NCBI GenBank assembly: GCA_037834085.1
Contig: JBBMKC010216135.1
Coordinates: 1 to 34,537, forward strand
From: Bipalium vagum
Lineage: Eukaryota
Length of the DNA: 34,537 nt
Direction: 5' to 3'
Part shown: positions 34,006 to 34,537 of the stretch, one piece after another
Layout: each line of letters begins with the position of its first letter
Position numbering within the stretch: position 1 is the stretch's first letter
Notes under the pieces: model-generated
What the model saw: only the letters and a program-made list of their open reading frames with translations
What the model was told of the DNA's origin: nothing
Databases searched by the model: none
Position numbers and translations under genes: made by a program

Positions 34006-34537
34006 CACTCCTTTAATTAAGTCTGTTCACCCCACTTAATTGAATAATATACATAGATTTTAATCTATTTTTTATGTTAATATAATGAAATCGATGTTTA
34101 AATGCATCAATATTAAATTAAAAGTGGTACAATTTCAAAAACAGAATTTTATAATGGTAACATTTTTAACGAAAGAAGAAAGAATTTCAATTGTTGCACT
34201 TTCAAAATCAGTTAAAAATTGGACCGAAGTAATATTAATGATGAAGAGGGAATTTAATTGCCACGTGACCAAGCGTGCTTGTCAAAAAATTGTTCAAAAA
34301 TTTAATAGTCGTGGTAACGTGATTGATGATCAAAGAATTGGTCGACCCAGTTTTCTATCAGAGATAAAAGGCTGATTAAGAGACTATCTATACGGTCCTG
34401 ACTATCAAGTTTAACCGTGGTTGCCCTTGAATTTTATAGACAAACAGGAAGGAACATTATTTATGTATGGGTAGGTAAAGTTTTAAATGATTTTGGTTTA
34501 AGACGATATGTTGCAACACCAAAACCTTTTCTCAATT
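34006..34537 (+). mobile_element. 5' end of a Tc1-like transposon with degenerate transposase N-terminus
   Basis: TA|CACTCCTTTAATTAAGTCTGTTCACCCC is a TIR-like start. ORF MVTFLTKEERISIVAL...QKIVQKFNSRGNVIDDQRIGRPSFLS matches the paired-like HTH plus GRPR-like motif. Downstream GLRRYVATPKPFLS resembles the Tc1 basic region. Confidence 0.8.

Overview
AT-rich eukaryotic DNA with short spliceosomal introns and a metazoan-type transposon complement, so probably an invertebrate; the taxon cannot be fixed from this window. The fragmented ORF track hides the main feature: two paralogous ankyrin-repeat plus Ser/Thr-kinase loci in tail-to-tail orientation. Copy A lies on + (~4.4-14.8 kb). Copy B lies on - (~24.5-33.3 kb) and its 5' part is not in the window. 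Each ankyrin repeat is encoded by its own phase-0 exon (99 nt, rarely 96 or 102), separated by ~41-53-nt introns. Copy A has 39 such exons. Copy B has 22 in the segment where copy A has 13. The repeats share a fixed scaffold and vary at the positions that form the ankyrin binding surface. The arrays show block duplications, a chimeric exon and two exons with broken splice sites. This suggests a rapidly diversifying, exon-modular sensor-kinase family; an immune or recognition role is inference only. The rest is mostly decayed mobile DNA: a Gypsy-like integrase, a mariner shared by both copies, a hAT MITE, Penelope, Tigger/pogo, a Polinton/adintovirus-like fragment splitting copy B, and a Tc1 5' end. 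Coordinates were read by hand and may be off by a few bases.
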